A stretch of 64,000 nucleotides of DNA from Felis catus (GCF_018350175.1 NC_058383.1:6262001-6326000), one strand, 5' to 3'. Counted from the stretch's first letter, positions 1-40,759 are shown. Program-made: numbers and translations. The notes: generated by a model not told the origin, from the sequence alone.

Positions 1-1020
1 GACCCTTGTCTCTTCCAGCCCCTCTCCTGCTTCTGAAAGAGGCTTTCTGCTTCCTTGGAGAGGACACTGCTGAATCCGGGCGTTCCTGGGGCTCATTCCT
101 CTGCTGGCTTTTGGGGGCCGTTTTGGTTGTAGTCCCCTCGCCACTGGGTGTGTTTTGGGGCGTCTTCCGACGACTGACGGCTCCGTTGTTCCACACGCTG
201 AGATTTCTCTTTGCTCAGTTCACCTCTGAAACTTGACATGAAGCCCAAGTACAGAGTAGGAGCTTTCCAGATCTTTATGAATGGCCTCCAAATTTCATTC
301 ATTTTTCTTGATTTCTGGTCATCTGGCTTCCATTAACTTTGTTCCAAGGCCTCTAGGCTCTTCGGGTGTAAAGCTGAGCTCCTCCGGGGAGGGCACCTTG
401 TCCTGTCTACCCAGAGCAGGCGTTCCGTGATGAACAATCAAGTACGACCCTCACCGTGGCCATCTCCCCCAGTGATCCGTCTCGGGTCCCCTGCCACCGT
501 GTCACCACTGGGCACCAGGACCAGCATGGCGACAAGCACTGCGGCCGTCGGCAGGCCACCGGGCGCTCCCCCGGCACCCACAGCCTAGGACAGAGGAGCC
601 CCTGGGGCAGGTGGACAGGGCCCCAGGGGCCACAGGTGGCTCCTGGAGTTCGGGTCACCCCGGCCCTACCCGTCAGCCCAAGGGCTCAGGACACGGGTGT
701 CTTATCACATGAGCCCATGAGCCGCGGGGGCCGGCGTGCCAGCCAGGCCAGCACCCTTCCTTCCCTGCATCATTCTGGGGCCCAAGGCCTTACCTGCCCT
801 GCAGGGCGCACAGAAGACTCCTGCTCACGGGCCCCTCCTGGTTTGGGTCTGGCTTTGAATGGAGAGGCTTGTGGAAGGGGTTCTGGAGGGTCCCACACAA
901 GTGACTGCACTACGGGTCCCTTAAAAGCCAGAGGGATGTTCGGTGTTCATGTCTCAGGAATGTGAGGTCTGGCGGTGAGCAAGGAAACCTGATTCTGAAC
1001 CCATCCCGCAAGTCCTTGAG

Positions 1021-1080
1021 GACGCTGATGTCACAGTGGGACTCCCGGGGGACGCTGATGTCACAATGGGACTCCCGGGG
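1021..1080. repeat. 30-bp tandem duplication (gacgctgatgtcacaRtgggactcccgggg)
   Basis: two copies, one mismatch. Confidence 0.95.
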
Positions 1081-2399
1081 GGCCGAATGCTCCTCCTGGG
1101 GGCCGGACGGCTGGGGCTGGGGCGTCTGGGTCCCGGGAGGCTGAGCCCTGGCCAGCCCCCAAGCAGCTCCATGCAGGTTCCCTGAGAGGAAGCGGAGTCT
1201 CCCTGGCTGAGCTGCCAGGCCACAGGCGAGTCCGCCCCACATCCTTCCATTCCCGTGGGAACAGAGAGGGTGCCCTGCGGTGACATTTTCACAGCTCCTC
1301 TGCGTGTGGTGAGTGGAAAAGGGGGCAAAAGGAAGAGGGCAGTATGGGGGCACTGGGGTGGTCTTGGGGAGGTGCAGATGGACAGGCCTGCGTCCGGCCC
1401 GCCCCTGCATCCAGGCACCCCCCCCCCCCCCCCCCCAGCTCAAAGGTCACCCGGTGCCAGAGAGCACAGCCGTGGGAAGGCGGCTGAAGTGCAATCAGAG
1501 AGCGCGGAGAAGGGCTCCCAGGGAGGGCAGCTGACGGGGCGAGTGTCAGCTGGGGAGCTTGCACAGCCCCGTGCAGAAAATGAAAGAATGGTGGGGTGGG
1601 GTTTCTAGACCATATGCGGGCACAGAGTCTTCCCCAGGTCACCCGGCACTGCTCCTCTGTCCAGGGCTTGAGGCGGTTTGGATCTGGGGTCCCAGCCCTT
1701 GTGTGGAGACCAGGAGGTCTCTTCCAGGAGGAACAGGGCAGATGGCCCTCAGGGGTCTCTTCTGACAGGCTGTGGCTGCAGGTTTGAGGGTGGGCCCGTC
1801 CTCTGTTTCACTACTTGACTCTTAACATCTGTAATCACTCCCTCACCACCACCCAGACCAAGGAACCATGCATCTCCAGGGGCCCAGAAGCCTCCTGCAG
1901 GCCCCTCTTGGACATCACCATCCTCAGACGGAAGGACTCTTCTGACACAGCATCACCTTACCCGAGTCATTTGTCAACGTTTCGAGAATCCTCTGTGTTG
2001 CTCTTTCGGAGGCTCAAGAATTAAGTAATCCCCCCAACGTCACATGGTTATGAACTGGAGCAGGATTCAAACTCAAGACTCTCCCAACCCCTCCTAATCC
2101 TTCCATCTCCTGGCCCAGGGCCCCGAAAGATGGTTGGAGACTCTGGTTCCCATCCGGCGCACTGGGCGGCAGGGAGCCCTTGCCGGAGTTCTCTGCATCT
2201 CCTGGGGAGCTGTTTTTTCTGTCAGCGGCCGCCCAGGTTCCCAGGACAGCTCCTGGCCAGATGGGGAGAAGCAGCAGCAGCCCGCCATCCTGTGCCCAAG
2301 GTGCGCGAGGGGAGCAAGATGCAGAAAGGTAAGACTCTCATGTGAAAAGCGTTGCTTCACATGAACATTACGACAGAACAGTATGATCCGTTATGACAG

Positions 2400-2560
2400 A
2401 GCTTGTCTGTGTGCAACATATTTCAATGGTGCACTACCCCTGGGAGAAAGTTGATGTTTTCCCCAATTTACAAATGAGTAAACCGAGGCACAGGGTAGGT
2501 AACACGTTCAAGGTCAAATTACAAAGCCAAGATTCAATCCCAGGTCTTGCCATTCTGCCT
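2400..2560 (-). mobile_element. MIR fragment
   Basis: ttacaaatgagtaaaccgaggcacag...gattcaatcccagg. Confidence 0.7.
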
Positions 2561-2645
2561 CTTGAGGGCATTTTGTATCTATCCATCTGTTTCTGACCAT
2601 CAGGTAAGATAGGTGAGCTGTTATGTGGCCAAAAATAAGAATATC

Positions 2646-2772
2646 GGGGTGCCTGGGTGGCTTAGTCAAGCGTCCAACTCTTGGTCTCAGCTCAGGTCTT
2701 GATCTCAGGATCTTGAGTTTAAGGCCTGCACTGGGCTCCGTGCTGGGCATGGAGCCTACTTGAAAAAAAAAA
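2646..2772 (+). mobile_element. Can-SINE, short older type
   Basis: ggggtgcctgggtggct head, A tail. Confidence 0.85.
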
Positions 2773-2774
2773 TG

Positions 2775-3896
2775 TCAATAGATACAGAAGTTATACAAAG
2801 GAACCAAAAGAAAATTCCAGCACTGCAAGGTGCAATAACTAAAATGAAAAATCCCCTAGGAGAGTTCAAAAACACATTTAAAGCAGAAGAAAGAATCAAT
2901 GAATTTAAAGATAGGACAATTGAAACTGAGAAAAAAAGTGCACAGAACCAGAGTCCCATGGGACACCATTAACTAGAAAAACATAGATGGTGGGAATCCC
3001 AAAAGAACAGAGAGTAAGAAAGGAGTCAAAAGAACATCTGAAGAAACAATGACCAAAAACCTTCTCAGTTTGATGAAAGATATGAATCTACAACTATAAG
3101 AAGTTGGATACACTCAAGACAGAACACATTCAAGGACATACCAAAGAATCTTGAAAGCAGCAAGAGAGGTGACTTTTCTCATACAAGGAATCCACAGAAG
3201 ATGAGCAGATTCCTCATCAGACTTTGAAGGTCAGAAAGCAGAGGGTTGATTTATTCAAATTGATGAAAGAAGGTGCCAGAATTCTATATCCAGCAAAATT
3301 GCTCTTCAAAATGAGGGAGTTTGTTACCAACAGAACTGCTTTACAAACAATGCTAAAGGAGGTCCTTCCATTTGAGATGAAAGGATACAGTAACTCAAAG
3401 CTGTAAGCAGAAATCAGAATCTCCAGTAAAAGTCAACACATGGGCAGTTATAAAAGCTATTATTATTATAATTTCGGTTTGTTAAGTCCACTTATTTTCT
3501 ACAGGATTTAAAAGGCACATGCATTACAAAACCTAACTATATACAGATGTAATTTGTGACATCAGTAACAGAAGGGGGAGACGGAGCCATTCAGGATCAG
3601 GGAGTTTTATGTGCTATTTAAGTTGGCACAAATTAGGTTGTTGTAACATTAGGATGTTAAGCGTCATCCCTGTGGTAACCACAAAGAAAGTATCTATAGA
3701 ATAGACACAAAAGGAAATGAGAAGAGAATCAAAATGTCACTATAAAAAATCAAATGCAAAAGGCAGCAGTGGAGGAAGTGAGGGACAAAAAAAGCCATAA
3801 GGCACGTAAAAAACAATAAAATGGAAGAAACAAGTTCTTTCTTGGGAGTAACTAAATGCAAATGTATTCAACTCTCTAATCAAAAGGCAGAGATTG
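2775..3896 (+). mobile_element. Old L1 (L1M-type) fragment: 3' part of ORF1, inter-ORF spacer and first codons of ORF2
   Basis: A-rich ORF1-like text (agaattctatatccagcaaaattgctcttc) and ORF2 start-like aaatgcaaatgtattcaactctctaatcaaaaggcagagattg; many stops. Confidence 0.75.
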
Positions 3897-4810
3897 AAGA
3901 TGGCCAAGTAGGAAGCTCCAGGCCTGTGCTACCCCCATGGAAACATTGAAAATAAATACATAAAAGGACCTACAGACTGACTAAAATAACTATGGGACCT
4001 CTGGAAATCATTCCAAAATCTACAGCAACCAGGCGAACGCCCAGTCGAGAAAAAGCCATGGTCAAAAGGGTAGGGGATTTTGTGGCAGTTTTACTTGCCT
4101 TTGCCTCAACCCTTCCTGGCACGACAATGTGTGGTTGGGAGGAAGCAGCCTCCTCCTGGCTTCCTCCCTTGTGCTGGAAGGAGGAGAGCAGAACTCATTG
4201 GCAATATTCTGACCTGTCTGTGGACTGCCCAGGGGACTGGGGTTTCTGCTGTGCCTGACTTGGAGCTCAGACAGGGAAAGATGACCCATGGAGGGCTGGG
4301 GCACGCTCCCATGGGCAGAAGAATACAGTAACATCTAAGGTTCTGAGAAGAAGCTGGGGGGAGACTCTGGAAAACTAAGACTTTTGAAAAGCAGCCAGGT
4401 ATACAGGCTGGGGATTGGGGGAAGTACAGGCCCAGGCGTAACACGTGCCCATGAAAGACCCAAGACTTAAGCCATTACCCTAGGTTGATCACAAGTCTTA
4501 GAACACACCCTGCAATTTAGTGAAGGTCTCCTGCCATTGTGCAAAGACTGGGCAGACAGGGCTGTTTTTTCAAATGACTACTTTTCAACAAAGATCTCAA
4601 AGCATACAAAGAGACAGGAAAACAGGGCACAAAGAAACAAAATCTTTATCTCCAGAAACCACAGAAACCATCCCTGAAGAAACATAGGCATCCGACTTAC
4701 TAGAAAAGACTCAATCAAGTAACTGTTAAATATGCTCAAAGAGCTAAAGGGAATCAAGAAACTGATACATGAACAAAATGAGAATATCAAAAAGTTATGT
4801 ATGTTATTAA

Positions 4811-4983
4811 GGGGCTCCTGAGTGGCTCAGTTGGTTGAGCATCTGATGCTCAGATCATGATCCCAGAATTGTGGGATTAAGCCCTGCATCAGGCTCTGTG
4901 CAGGGCATGGAACCGGCTGAGGATTCTCTCTCTCTCAAATAAAATAAAATATAAAATTAAAATTAAAATTAAATTAATAAAAT
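4811..4983 (+). mobile_element. Can-SINE, older type, inserted in L1 ORF1
   Basis: tRNA-like head, (CT)n, A-rich tail. Confidence 0.85.
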
Positions 4984-6685
4984 CTTTTAAAAAATCTGGA
5001 GCTGAAAAAATGCAATAAAGGGATTCAACAGCAGACCTGAATAGTGAAAAGAATCTGTGAACCCAAAGACAGGTCATCTGAAATCACTGAAACAGAGGAG
5101 CAAAAAGGAAAACAAAGTGAAGCAGGCCTAAGGGACTTATGGGACACCACCACACAAACATATGCATTCTTGGACTCCCAAAAAGAGAGAGAGAGAGAAA
5201 GGGGCAGAGAACTTATCTGAAGAAGTAATGGACAAAAATTTCTCAAATTTGAGTAAAGAAATGAATATACAACTTTAAGAAACTCAACAGACTTCGACAG
5301 ATAAATCCTGAGACACACACAGCAAACACTGAAAGACAGAAGGGCAAAATGGAAATTTTACATTACAGTAATCGGACTCTAGAACAACCAGGTAGGTCAG
5401 TAAGGAAAGAGAGGACTTGAACAACACAACAGACCAAATGGACGTAACCAACATATATACAACATCCAACAACAGCAAAATATGCATTTCCCTCAAGTGC
5501 ACGTGGAACATTCTCCATAATAAATGACATTCTGTGAGGCCACGAACCAAGTTTCAAAAAATTTAAAAAGACAAAGCATATAAAATATTTGCTCTTCCCA
5601 CAATGTACTGAAGCTAGAAGCCAATAACGGAAGGAAAATTCATAAATATGTGAAAGCCAAGCAATAAATACATCGCAAGGGAAATTAGAACCCATCTTGA
5701 GACAAATGACTGAAAACACAGCATACCCGAACTGAAAACAGTGCTAAGAAGGAAACTTAGAGCCATAAATGCTTACATTAAAAAAGAAGAAGGGCCTTAA
5801 ATCAACAACTTACTTTATCCCTTATGGAACTTGGAAAAGGAGGAAGGTTAAGCTCAAAGCCAGCAGTAGGAAGGAAACAACATTACAGCAGAGATAAAAT
5901 AGAGAACAGAAAACAATAGAGAAAGCCAATACAAAGCCAAGAGGTGGTTCTTCCAAAAAAACAAAAACAAAAAAAACAACACAATGGCAAACCTTTAGCT
6001 AGATGCCTGCAGCGGGAGAAGAGGACAAGGACTCAATGACACAAGAGGGCATCTTACTGCAAATTTACAGAAATAAGGGTTATAACAGAGCTCTGTGAAT
6101 AACTATATGCCAACAAAATGGTTAACCTAGAAGAAATGGACAAATTTCTAGAAACACACAACCTACGGAGACTAAATCATGAAGACATATCAAGTCTGGA
6201 TGGACCTATAACTAGTAAGGAGATTGAATCAGTAATCAAATACCTCCCGACAAAGAAAAGCCCAGGACCCAATGGCCTCATCAGCGAATTCTACCGGACA
6301 TTTAAGGAATCAACACCAATCTTCCTCATAGTCTTCCAAAAGAAGGAGGGAATGCTTCCTAACTCATTCTAGAAGGCCGGCATCACCCTGATACCAAAGC
6401 TAGATGAAGACACTACAAGAAAACTATTGGTCAGTATCCCTCATGAATATGGATGCAAAAATCCCCAACAAAACATGAGCAAGTCGAATCCAACAATAGA
6501 ATAAAAGTTTTATACACATCATGACAAAAGAGGATTCCTAGGATGCAAGACTCACTCAGTATACACAAATCAATTGATTTAACACTCCGTATTAACAGAA
6601 CGGAAGGGAAAGTAAATACTCTCAACTGACACAGCAAAACCATTTGACAAAATTCAATAACTTTTCATGTTAAAAACACTCAACA

Positions 6686-6919
6686 GGGGCGCCTGGGTGG
6701 CGCAGTCGGTTAAGCGTCCGACTTCAGCCAGGTCACGATCTCGCGGTCCGTGAGTTCGAGCCCCGCGTCAGGCTCTGGGCTGATGGCTCGGAGCCTGGAG
6801 CCTGTTTCCGATTCTGTGTCTCCCTCTCTCTCTGCCCCTCCCCCGTTCATGCTCTGTCTCTCTCTGTCCCAAAAATAAATAAACATTGAAAAAAAAATAA
6901 AAAAAATAATAAAAAAAAA
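6686..6919 (+). mobile_element. Can-SINE, youngest feline subtype; 15-bp TSD taaaaacactcaaca
   Basis: CpG-intact consensus-like body; TSD 6671-6685 and 6920-6934. Confidence 0.95.
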
Positions 6920-8174
6920 TAAAAACACTCAACAAACTAGCAATACTAGGAAAATACCTCAACACGATGAAAACCATATATGAAAAATCCCACAGCTAAC
7001 ATCATACTCAAAGGTGAAAGACTGACAGTTTTTCCTCTAAGGTCCGGACAAGACCAGATGTCTACTCCCATTGCCTCTATTCAAGATAGTACTGGAAGTG
7101 CTAGCCAGAACAATTAGGCAAGAAAAAGAAAGAAAAGGAATCCAAATTGGAATGGAAGAAATAAAACTGTTTGCAAACAACGCAATCTTATATGTAGACA
7201 ACATTAAGATTACACACACATCATTAAATTAGCAAAGTTGAAGCCTAGAAAGCCAACACACCAAAATCAGTTGTGTTTCTAGACACTAACAATGAAGAAT
7301 CTGGAAAGAAAATTAACAATTCCATTTAAAATAGCATCAAAAAGAATGCAATACTTAGGAATAAACTTAACCAAGGAGGCTAAAGACTTACGCACTGAGA
7401 ACTGCGGAACACTGCTGAGAGAAATCCAGACCGCACAGATGTTACTCTGTAATGCCTTTTCTGGGTATCATGGCTGGGTCAAGTCAACAAAGAAAATTAT
7501 CCCACCAAGTGTCCATCAAATCAACGGAAAAACACAATGTGGTACATCCCTACAGTGGCATGCCATTCAGCCATAAAAAGGAGTGAAATTTTGATAGATG
7601 CTTCAACATGGGTAGACCTTGAAAATGTTACACTAAGTGAAATAAGACACGGAAAGACCAATATTTTATGATTCTACTTCCATGAAGTACCTAGAATAGG
7701 CAGGTTCACAGAGACCAAGTAGGACAGGTGTCGGGGGAAGGAGGAGCAGCAGTTACTGGTTAGTGGGTCTAGGTTCTAGTTTGGGAGGATGAAAAGGTTT
7801 GGGTACATTGGCAGTGATACAATATTGTGAATGTTTTAATGCCACCGAGGTAGACCTTAACCAGTGGATACACTGACATACTACGTGTATCTTACCACAA
7901 TAAAAATATCTAAAAAAGAAAAATAAAAATGCAAACCAACAAACATGACCAGCATGTGAGGAACCAGTCAACAGCTTCAAAAATTTCTCGATCCCACAAG
8001 TTTCTGCTTTTGGTAGAGCACTTTCAACTGCCTGCCGTGTTTTTTCAGTTCCTTCCACAATTCTGAAGTGTGTCCTTTTTCCCTAGAAGGTCCTTGTCAG
8101 TATTTCAAGCCATTGACTTTCTTTTTTGCGGGACTGGAGAGAAAAAAAGGAATCTCATCTCCACACCAAAGTAT

Positions 8175-8551
8175 NNNNNNNNNNNNNNNNNNNNNNNNNN
8201 NNNNNNNNNNNNNNNNNNNNNNNNNNNNNNNNNNNNNNNNNNNNNNNNNNNNNNNNNNNNNNNNNNNNNNNNNNNNNNNNNNNNNNNNNNNNNNNNNNNN
8301 NNNNNNNNNNNNNNNNNNNNNNNNNNNNNNNNTGATTTTGACATAAAACGGAACATTAGTGTACAATTTTCACAAAATAAATCAGCAATAAAAACAGTGG
8401 NNNNNNNNNNNNNNNNNNNNNNNNNNNNNNNNNNNNNNNNNNNNNNNNNNNNNNNNNNNNNNNNNNNNNNNNNNNNNNNNNNNNNNNNNNNNNNNNNNNN
8501 NNNNNNNNNNNNNNNNNNNNNNNNNNNNNNNNNNNNNNNNNNNNNNNNNNN
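8175..8551. other. Assembly gaps 8175-8332 and 8401-8551 (others at 42762-42926 and 60720-60858)
   Basis: N runs. Confidence 0.99.
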
Positions 8552-11157
8552 CTGCGGACAGGGCCGGGGTGATGGGGCGGGTTCTCTGCGGAAGGCCACT
8601 CCTGACAGCTCAGGGTGGAGGACCCCCTCACCTGAATTGGGACCACGCGGCCGAGCAAGCTCGGGGAGCACGGGACTCCTGGCGGGCAGAGTCTCCCCTC
8701 AGGGAGAGCTGCCCTGACTGTGTCCCCCAAGCAGCCCCTTGGTTTCTCCTTCCTACAGCGCTGGCAGAGCGGTGGTTTGCTGCATCCCTGAGGGTCGGCT
8801 GATGACCGCTGGTGAGGGCAAGCCTGCAAGTCGGGCCCCTGAAGCATCTGGGCCAAGGGGTGGGAAGGGGACGGCGGGGGCGGGGGGTGTCGGGGATCAC
8901 CAAGGGCCACAAACGAGAGCTCGTGGGAACAGGGTCCACGTGGACCCAAAGTGGAGTCATCGGGAGCTTTTCCCCACTGTCTGCCACACTGCTCTTTCCG
9001 TGGTTCAAAAGGCCTAATCCAAGGTTCTAGAAGTGCAATGCTACTGACGGGCCTGTCTGGTGAGAGTAAACCAGGGCTCTGGAAAGTTCTGCTCTTTCAG
9101 GCCCCACTGTAACGCACAGCTGACGAGGACGACTGATGAGGGAGGAAAGCCCCGCCTTACAGGCCGGTCCCGCGTGCTGGGCCCACGCCTGACACCCGCG
9201 GGCAGCATGGGGCTGGCAGGCACGGGTTCTAAGGACTGTTCCTCCCGACAGCAGGAAGATCGTCCTACAGGAGCCACGGGCCACAGTCCCGCTAGACCCT
9301 CGTCTCCCCGCTCTTTCCTGCAGCTCTGGGCCAAACCACAGGAACAATCCGTGGTTCCCCCGCTCGGTCTGGATGTGCCCTCAGCTCTCCGTGGAGGTCT
9401 CCTCCTCACACTGGGGGGTTGAGGTGCACCTTCGAGAGGAGGCCTCTGTGGGGGAAGGGCCATAGCCGACATTTCCTTACTCTCGCAGAGGAAGGTTAAG
9501 AGGGAGGACTAGAGAGTCAGGGGGAGCCAGCTTCTAGAACGCCCTCTGAAGGACGATGGTAAACGAGCGAGACTCGGGGTAAGCCTGACCGGGGCAAGGC
9601 AGAACTTCTGACAGTCCAAGCCCATGATACGGCCTGGACTTCCTGAACGGATTTAATCTCTCCTCTGCAGCAGTCACACTTGACATCCTCTCTACCCTGG
9701 CACCTCCTCCGTAAATGGCCAGACGCGCGCTCTCTCACAGCTCTTGGAACCCACAGCCGCTAGCCCACGGCCCACCGAACCAGGTGAACTTCTTGCTCCG
9801 AGGGAGGGTCTATCTCCCAGGGGTTCCCGAGCTCCCGCACGGCAGCCACAGAATGCTTCGGGGCAAGCCGAAGAACCACACGGCAAGACCCACAAGGGTG
9901 AGCTCGCCTCCAAACTCACCTAGCTCCGGAGGTATCCGTGACAAAAAGAGAGTCACCCGAAAGCCTTCCAGACCCACCTCAGACCCGCAGCTGGATCCCA
10001 ACGCTTAACTCCGAAACCAACGGCAAACTTCCGACAGTGAAATGTCTTCCTGATGAATTACCCCGCATTTGCCCCCCCACCCCCCCACCAAACAAAACAA
10101 CAACAAAAAACCAAACAGGACGATTGGCTGCTGCCCTTCACGGAAGTTCATCGCAAATCAAACCACCTTGTTCGAATACTGTTGAACTTCTGTGCAAACT
10201 GGAAAATGGTGTTGGAAACTCAGGGTCCAGGCTTGCTTTGGCCTTGCTCGTCACGTGAGGACGTCTGGGCGAGCGAACTGAGTAGTAGCGATTGTTCGCG
10301 TCTCCACCCGACACTCGGGAAACGAGCAGAACGAGCCAGGGTGAAGGGTCCCCTCCACCGACAGGTTTGCGTTCGTGCCCTACTCTTCGTAAAACCGTCA
10401 CTCAGGGTGGATTGAAGTCAGTGGGGTGGCCCGTTCCCTCTCTCCCTGTGAGGCTACTTTGCACCAAGCCAGCAGCTACGACAGCAGAATTCTGTTAGTT
10501 CAGCTCTTAGCAACTTCCGCACAACACTTGGTTAGTATTCAAGTGACCCAGCCGACCCTCCTCGACATACAGGTGGTGGGGGAGCCGCAGCCCGGGACTG
10601 GCTGCACGGATCTGAGGCTGGTTTGGTGTGTTCTTTTATAAGCTCTGTTATGTGGTATTTTCACTGGAAAAATATCTCAAGCTAGATAGATAATGTGGCA
10701 AAAGGGACTCTTAAAAGGAAGATCATTTTTCTCTATGCAAAACAAGTTTTTTCAGCCAGGATCCCCTGAAAACTACCCCAGGCCTCCAGCAAAAGCTGCC
10801 CCAGTTCCTTTACTTTTCCAAAAGGGAAGCACATTTTGGATGCAAGCTTCCTGCTGGGGCAGAATTCCAATGGACAATATGGTTATTTTTCAGTTAGAAA
10901 TTAATCTGCTTCCCAGAGCAGGCTGCTAGGGTGTGACTGGAATTTGAGCTGCAGAACTTGAAAAGGGACCTCAGGACTGTCTGGAGACAGAAGAGCTACC
11001 GGTTACAAACCCTCAGTAAGCCAAGCTCAGTTCCAGAACCTGTGGGTCGATCCTCCTATAAACACCACAGGGCAGTGAGCCTATCACCAACCATGTGGGT
11101 TACAGTCGCTGCAGGGTATCCTGTGTGACCGAAGCCAAATGCTAAACCTGGCTGCAT

Positions 11158-11163
11158 TTTATT
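11158..11163 (-). terminator. Candidate proximal poly(A) signal AATAAA in the SMURF1 3' UTR
   Basis: tttatt on +; about 255 nt after the stop; usage not shown. Confidence 0.4.
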
Positions 11164-11416
11164 GGATGGGCGATGGAAGGGGGGGGGGGGGGGCGGGGCG
11201 GGGATCACTGTCAGAAAGGAGGAAAATATGGGTGGGAGCCGCCAACCAAAGTCCCCCCACCCCCCTCGCTCCCCCAACGAAAAGGAGGGGAGAAAACCCT
11301 TTCCCTCGGGTCATCTAGGGTTCCCGGGCCTCAGCCAGCTTCGCAGGAGGCGCACAGAAAGCTTGCTTTTGGTCTGGTGGTCGTGAGCTAGAATCTGTTG
11401 CCTTTGGTTGCTCTCT

Positions 11417-39880
<28,464 letters not shown>

Positions 39881-39941
39881 CTGAAAACAAACAGAAATGC
39901 TAGGGTTAGCATTTATGGAGAAGATTTTCATCGCATCTAGT

Positions 39942-40313
39942 TGCTATGGACTGGATTGTATTGGACCCACCCCTGGGCCCTCAATTCACGTGTTGAAGCC
40001 CTAAGCCCACTGTGATAGCATTTGCAAGAGACCTTCATAGGAGGTGCTTACACTTAGATGGGGTCATCAGGGTGGGGCCTTAAGGTGGGATTAGTGCCCT
40101 ATAAGAAGAGACCACAGAACTCGCTCTCGGTCTGTTCTCCATGTAAGGGCGCAGCAACATGGCTGTCTATATGCCAGAAGTGGGCCCTCACCAAGAACCA
40201 AATCTGCCAGCGCCTTGATCTTGGGCTTTTCCAGCCTCCAGAATGGTGAGAAATAAATGTTCAAGCCATCTAGTCTATGGTATTCCATTATATCAGCACA
40301 AACAATTGAGACA
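39942..40313 (+). mobile_element. MaLR solo LTR (MLT1A/B-like)
   Basis: TG..CA termini; gccttgatcttgggctttccagcctccagaatggtgagaaataaatg. Confidence 0.85.
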
Positions 40314-40388
40314 CAAGTCTATATTTGCAACACAAAAAAAATTCTAAAAATTATCTTTGCCAATGACGTCTTTCAAGTTAATAGCACA

Positions 40389-40390
<2 letters not shown>

Positions 40391-40434
<44 letters not shown>

Positions 40435-40445
40435 GCGCGCGCACA
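40391..40445. repeat. (AC)21(GC)5 compound microsatellite
   Basis: direct read. Confidence 0.97.
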
Positions 40446-40507
40446 AACTGACAAGCAACTAAAAAGTATTTTCTCCTCCAATTGGGAGTCAGCCATAACA
40501 AATATAA

Positions 40508-40555
40508 TTTTTTTTTACTTTTTTTTAATGTTTACTTATTTTTGAGACAGAGAGA

Positions 40556-40593
<38 letters not shown>

Positions 40594-40759
40594 AAGCACA
40601 AGCAGGAGAGGGGCAGAGAGAGAAGGGGACACAGAATCTGAGGCAGGATCCAGGCTCCAAGCTGTCAGCGCAGAGCCCAACACAGGGCTCGAACTCATGA
40701 GCCATGAGATCATGACCTGAGCCAGAGTCGGCCACTTAACTGAGCCACCCAGGCACCCC
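40508..40759 (-). mobile_element. Can-SINE with (GA)n expansion
   Basis: head, body, tail. Confidence 0.9.

Larger units (their letters stand above)
3897..7930 (+). mobile_element. Old L1 with 5' UTR, ORF1 and ORF2 remnants and 3' end, internally deleted; interrupted by SINEs at 4811 and 6686
   Basis: Begins aagatggccaagtaggaagctcc (L1 5' end-like); ORF 6118..6372 ([19 protein letters not shown]) is an ORF2 RT-region remnant; L1 3' UTR text at 7500-7920 ends in an A-rich tail. Confidence 0.8.
8175..11416 (-). other. SMURF1: SMURF1 3' UTR (about 3.2 kb; the 3' end probably lies in the N gap 8175-8332)
   Basis: Repeat-free sequence after the stop codon; U-rich terminal-looking block at 8333-8400; GU-rich tttggtgtgg just beyond the gap. 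No AATAAA is visible near the end because of the gap, so the end position is inferred. Confidence 0.7.

Noticed and set aside
1-330. ORFs 6..236(+) and 93..302(-), and an open minus-strand frame running off the window edge
   Set aside because: No recognisable protein and no convincing splice sites; the A-rich minus strand resembles a decayed L1/HAL1 ORF1 relic. It is not TRRAP, which I expect further upstream on the + strand.
8070-8949. Long ORFs of 188-215 aa
   Set aside because: Artefacts of translating through N gaps
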